Positions 58,901 to 64,000 of a stretch of 64,000 nt of DNA are shown here, one piece after another. This stretch comes from Eledone cirrhosa (taxonomy: Eukaryota). The DNA lies in assembly GCA_964016885.1 (NCBI GenBank), contig OZ024740.1:318680001-318744000 (forward strand), read 5' to 3'. Within the stretch, counting starts at the first letter, position 1. Every line of letters begins with the position of its first letter. Position numbers and translations under genes: made by a program. The notes beneath the pieces were generated by a model. The model saw nothing but the letters and a program-made list of their open reading frames with translations. It did no database searches and was not told the DNA's origin.

Positions 58901-60800
58901 CCTTACATTCTATCTGACATTCTAACGACTCTACCAATTCGCTGTATTTCTACTACAATACTCACAACAAATAATCCAGGATTGTCTCGTCTATTTCCAC
59001 AACTTACATTCTTTCTGACATTCTAATGACTCTACCAATTCGCTGTGTTTCTACTACAATACTCACAACAAATAATCCAGGATTGTCTCGTCGACATCCA
59101 CAACTTACATTGTATTTGATATTCTAACGACTCTACCAATTCGAAGTCTTTCTACTACAATACTCACAACAAATAATCCAGGATTGTCTCGTCTATTTCC
59201 ACAACTTACATTCTATCTGACATTTTAACGACTCTACCAATTCGATGTCTTTCTACTACAATACTCACAACAGATAATCCAGGATTGTATCGTCTATTTC
59301 TACAACGTACATTCTATCTGACATTCTAACGACTCTACCAATTCGCTGTATTTATGCTACAATACAAACGTCAAATAATCCAGGATTGTCTCGTCCATTT
59401 CCACAACTTACATTCTATCTGACATTCTGACGACTCTACCAATTCGAAGTCTATCTATTACAATACTAACAACAAATAATCTAGGATTGTCTCGTCTATT
59501 TCTACAACTTACATACTATCTGACATTCAAACGACTCTACCAGTTCGCTGTATTTCTACTACAATACTAACTTCAAATAATCCATGATTGTCACGTCTAT
59601 CTCCACACCTTACATTCTATCTGACATTCTAACGACTCTACAAGTTCGCTGTATTTCTACTACAATACTCACAACAAATAATCCAGGATTGTCTCGTCTA
59701 TTTCCACAACTTACATTCTTTCTGACATTCTAATGACTCTACCAATTCGCTGTCTTTCTACTACAATACTCACAACAAATAATCCAGGATTGTCTCGTCT
59801 ATTTCCACAACTTACATTCTATCTGACATTCTAACGACTCTACCAATTCGATGTCTTTCTACTACAATACTAACTTTAAATAATCCAGGATTGTCTCCTC
59901 TATTTCCACAACTTACATATTATCTGAAATTCTAACGACTCTACCAATTCGATGTCTTTCTACTACAATACTCACAACAAATAATCCAGGATTGTATAGT
60001 CTATTTCTACAACTTACATTCTATCTGACATTCTAACGACTCTACCAATTCGAAGTCTTTCTGCTACAATACTCACAACAAATAATCCAGCATTGTCTCG
60101 TCTATTTCCACAACTCACATTCTATCTGACATTTTAACGACTCTATCAATTCGAAGTCTTTCTACTACAATACTAACGTCAAATAATCCAGGATTGTCTC
60201 GTCCATTTCCACAACTTACATTCTATCTGACATTCTAACGACTCTACCAATTCGAAGTCTATCTATTACAATACTAACAACAAATAATCTAGGATTGTCT
60301 CGTCTATTTCCACAACTTACATTCTAACTGACATTTTAACGACTCTACCAATTCGAATTCTTTCTACTACAATACTAACTTTAAATAATCCAGGATTGTC
60401 TTCTCTATTTCCACAACTTACATTCTATCTGACATTCTAACGACTCTACCAATTCGATGTCTTTCTACTACAATACTCACAACAAATAATCCAGGATTGT
60501 CTCGTCTATCTCCAAACCTTACATTCTATCTGACATTCTAACGACTCTACCAGTTCGCTGTATTTCTACTACAATACTAACTTCAAATAATCCAGGATTG
60601 TCTCGTCTATTTCCACAACTTACATTCTATCTGATATTCTAACGACTCTACCCATTCGCTGTATTTCTACTACAATACTAACTTTAAATAATCCATATTG
60701 TCTCGTCTATTTCCACAACTTACATTCTATCTGACATACTAACGACTCTACCAATTCGCTGTATTTCTACTACAATACTAACTTCAAATAATCCAGGATT
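37901..60800. repeat. HOR domain C: irregular ~21-28-mer units
   Basis: Domain-specific variants GTCCATTT, GTCTATCTATTA, CCATGATTGTCACG, CCATATTG, CCAGCATT, GTCGACATCC. GTCGAC at 40416, 42536, 44656, 47481, 49702, 50611, 53236, 56061, 58181, 59090. Spacings are 2120,2120,2825,2221,909,2625,2825,2120,909. Confidence 0.9.
42718..59780. repeat. Recent tandem segmental duplication, 8580-bp unit (85 monomers). Copy 1 ~42718-51297, copy 2 ~51298-59780
   Basis: Lines 42721-48770 match 51301-57350 almost base for base (offset 8580). After one monomer is lost the offset is 8479 (48882/57361, 49752/58231, 50611/59090, 51162/59641). Identical ORFs at 45352/53932. Confidence 0.94.
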
Positions 60801-63800
60801 GTCTTATCTATTTCCACACCTTACATTCTATCTGACATTCTAACGACTCTACCAATTCGCTGTATTTCTACTACAATACTAACGTCAAATAATCCAGGAT
60901 CGTCTCGTCCATTTCCACAACTTACATTCTCTCTGACATTCTGACGACTCTACCAATTCGAAGTCTATCTATTACAATACTAACAACAAATAATCTAGGA
61001 TTGTCTCGTCTATTTCCACAACTTACATACTATCTGACATTCAAACGACTCTACCAATTCGAGGTCTTTCTACAACAATACTAACTTCAAATAATCCATG
61101 ATTGTCACGTCTATCTCCACACCTTACATTCTATCTGACATTCTAACGACTCTACCAGTTCGCTGTATTTCTACTACATTACTTACAACAAATAATCCAG
61201 GATTGTCTCGTCTATTTCCACAACTTACATTCTTTCTGACATTCTAATGACTCTACCAATTCGCTGACTTTCTACTACAATACTCACAACAAATAATCCA
61301 GGATTGTCTCGTCTATTTCCACAACTTACATTCTATCTGACATTCTAACGACTCTACCAATTCGAAGTCTTTCTACTACAATACTAACTTCAAATAATCC
61401 ATGATTGTCACGTCTATCTCCACACCTTACATTCTATCTGACATTCTAATGACTCTACCAATTCGCTGACTTTCTACTACAATACTCACAACAAATAATC
61501 TAGGATTGTCTCGTCTATTTCCACAACTTACATACTATCTGACATTCAAACGACTCTACCAATTCGAGGTCTTTCTACAACAATACTAACTTCAAATAAT
61601 CCATGATTGTCACGTCTATCTCCACACCTTACATTCTATCTGACATTCTAACGACTCTACCAGTTCGCTGTATTTCTACTACATTACTTACAACAAATAA
61701 TCCAGGATTGTCTCGTCTATTTCCACAACTTACATTCTTTCTGACATTCTAACGACTCTACCAATTCGCTGTCTTTCTACTACAATACTCACAACAAATA
61801 ATCCAGGATTGTCTCGTCTATTTCCACAACTTACATTCTAACTGACATTTTAACGACTCTACCAATTCGAATTCTTTCTACTACAATACTAACTTTAAAT
61901 AATCCAGGATTGTCTCCTCTATTTCCACAACTTACATTCTATCTGACATTCTAACGACTCTACCAATTCGCTGTCTTTCTACTACAATACTCACAACAAA
62001 TTATCCAGGATTGTCTCGTCTATCTCCAGACCTTACATTCTATCTGACATTCTAACGACTCTACCAGTTCGCTGTATTTCTACTACAATACTAACTTTAA
62101 ATAATCCAGGATTGTCTCGTCTATTTCCACAACTTACATTCTATCTGATATTCTAACGACTCTACCCATTCGCTGTATTTCTACTAAAATACTAACTTTA
62201 AGTCATCCATATTGTCTCGTCTATTTCCACAACTTACATTCTATCTGACATTCAAACGACTTTATCAATTCGAAGTCTTTCTACTACAATACTAACTTTA
62301 AATAATCCAGGATTGTCTCGTCTATCTCCAGACCTTACATTCTATCTGACATTCTAACGACTCTACCAATTCGAAGTCTTTCTGCTACAATACTCACAAC
62401 AAATAATCCAGGATTGTCTCGTCTATTTCCACACCTTACATTCTATCTGACATTCTAACGACTCTACCTATTCGATGTATTTCTACTACAATACTAACTT
62501 CAAATAATCCAGGATTGTCTCGTCTATTTCCACAACTTACATTCTATCTGATATTCTAACGACTCTACCAATTTGAAGTATTTTTACTACAATACTAACA
62601 ACAAATAATCTAGGATTGTCTCGTCTATTTCCACAACTTACATTCTTTCTGACATTCTAATGACTCTACCAATTCCCTGTGTTTCTACTACAATACTCAC
62701 AACAAATAATCCAGGATTGTCTCGTCTATTTCCACAACTTACATTCTATCTGACATTCTAACGACTCTACCAATTCGAAGTCTTTCTACTACAATACTAA
62801 CTTTAAATAATCCAGGATTGTCTCCTCTATTTCCACAACTTACATTCTATCTGACATTCTAACGACTCTACCAGTTCGCTATATTTCTACTACAATACTA
62901 ACTTCAAATAATCCAGGATTGTCTCGTCTATTTCCACAACTTACATTCTATCTGATATTCTAACGACTCTACCAATTTGAAGTATTTTTACTACAATACT
63001 AACAACAAATAATCTAGGATTGTCTCGTCTATTTCCACAACTTACATTCTTTCTGACATTCTAATGACTCTACCAATTCCCTGTGTTTCTACTACAATAC
63101 TCACAACAAATAATCCAGGATTGTCTCGTCTATTTCCACAACTTACATTCTATCTGACATTCTAACGACTCTACCAATTCGAAGTCTTTCTACTACAATA
63201 CTAACTTTAAATAATCCAGGATTGTCTCCTCTATTTCCACAACTTACATATTATCTGAAATTCTAACGACTCTACCAATTCGATGTCTTTCTACTACAAT
63301 ACTCACAACAAATAATCCAGGATTGTATAGTCTATTTCTACAACTTACATTCTATCTGACATTCTAACGACTCTACCAATTCGAAGTCTTTCTGCTACAA
63401 TACTCACAACAAATAATCCAGCATTGTCTCGTCTATTTCCACAACTCACATTCTACCTGACATTTTAACGACTCTATCAATTCGAAGTCTTTCTACTACA
63501 ATACTAACGTCAAATAATCCAGGATTGTCTCGTCCATTTCCACAACTTACATTCTATCTGACATTCTAACGACTCTACCCATTCGCTCTATTTCTACTAC
63601 AATACTAACTTCAAATAATCCAGGATTGTCTCGTCTACATCCACAACTTACATTGTATCTGATATTCTAACGACTCTACCAATTCGAAGTCTTTCTACTA
63701 CAATACTCACAACAAATAATCCAGGATTGTCTCGTCTATTTCCACAACTTACATTCTATCTGACATTCTAATGACTCTACCAATTCGCTGTCTTTCTACT

Positions 63801-64000
63801 ACAATACTCACAACAAATAATCCAGGATTGTCTCGTCTATTTCCACAACTTACATTCTATCTCACATTTTAACGAGTCTACCAATTCGCTGTATTTCTAC
63901 TACAATACTCACAACAAATAAACCAGTATCGTCTCGTCTATTTCCACAACTTTCATTCTATCTTACATACTAACGACTCTACCAATTCGAAGTCTTTCTA
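60801..64000. repeat. Tail domain D: more diverged monomers with short 4- and 5-mer duplications
   Basis: GAGGTCTTTCTACAAC at 61061/61566 (505 bp apart) and AATTCCCTGTGTTT at 62671/63075 (404 bp apart). The long-range periodicity of C is lost. Confidence 0.78.

Larger units (their letters stand above)
1..64000. repeat. Tandem satellite DNA array, 101-bp monomer, ~634 copies, single orientation, running off both window ends
   Basis: TCTACTACAATACT starts at 1 and again at 102, and recurs at 101-bp steps through the window. The last monomer start is at 63997, which is 1+634x101-38. The -38 equals the sum of the indels I could locate. No non-repeat sequence seen. Confidence 0.99.

Noticed and set aside
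1-64000. CRISPR array or other repeat-spacer system
   Set aside because: There are no unique spacers. The full 101 bp is homologous between units, variable blocks are 5-7 bp with a few recurring states, and there is no leader or cas gene.
1-64000. Giant repetitive protein gene (mucin/adhesin-like) or programmed-frameshift ORF
   Set aside because: The period is not a multiple of three, stops recur regularly, the ORF track shows nothing on the minus strand, and indels of 1, 2 and 10 bp are tolerated.
1-64000. Tandem RNA gene cluster (5S rRNA, tRNA, snRNA, spliced leader) or rDNA spacer
   Set aside because: No recognisable RNA gene sequence. With only 8 G per 101 nt there is little pairing potential. 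TTCGAA resembles part of a Pol III B-box but lacks the GGTTCGANNCC context and an A-box.
1-64000. Assignment to a named satellite (alpha-satellite, CEN178, CentO, CentGm, CentPv) or presence of a CENP-B box
   Set aside because: I do not recognise sequence similarity to any of them, similar length alone is insufficient, and no TTCG-N4-A-N2-CGGG motif was seen. A database search is needed.
1-64000. Telomeric repeat, G-quadruplex or i-motif array suggested by the C-rich strand
   Set aside because: No short telomere-type unit, and C runs are mostly only two long.
1-64000. Transposon insertion, inversion or foreign DNA hidden in the array
   Set aside because: Monomer phase is accounted for end to end (net -38 bp explained by small indels), and I saw no reverse-complement monomers or non-satellite segment.
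1-64000. Variant order as an information-bearing code or diversity-generating cassette system
   Set aside because: The order of variants is explained by nested duplication, deletion and conversion. No recombinase, reverse transcriptase or expression site is present to support a programmed system.

Overview
The whole 64 kb window is one uninterrupted head-to-tail tandem satellite array of about 634 copies of a 101-bp monomer. The by-eye consensus is TCTACTACAATACTCACAACAAATAATCCAGGATTGTCTCGTCTATTTCCACAACTTACATTCTATCTGACATTCTAACGACTCTACCAATTCGAAGTCTT (A32 C28 G8 T33, ~36% GC). I see no genes, RNA genes, transposons, CRISPR spacers, inversions or unique DNA, and the supplied ORFs are read-through of the repeat. 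The information is in the pattern of monomer variants. Domain A (1-~22.6 kb) is a very homogeneous 18-mer higher-order repeat (HOR, 1818 bp) with 16/17/21/22-mer variants, nested in a ~7.4 kb third-order period. A diverged transition follows (~22.6-25.2 kb). Domain B (~25.2-37.9 kb) has 9/12-mer sub-units, a 1808-bp tandem duplication and a 5250-bp period. Domain C (~37.9-60.8 kb) has ~21-28-mer units and a near-identical ~8.5 kb tandem duplication. A more diverged tail D closes the window (~60.8-64 kb). This architecture is typical of eukaryotic centromeric or pericentromeric satellite DNA, but that is inference: I do not recognise the family or organism. I found no protein-coding or defence-type system. 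The candidate novelty is the multi-level HOR satellite itself. All coordinates and spacings were read by eye from diagnostic variants, and domain boundaries are approximate (about one or two monomers).
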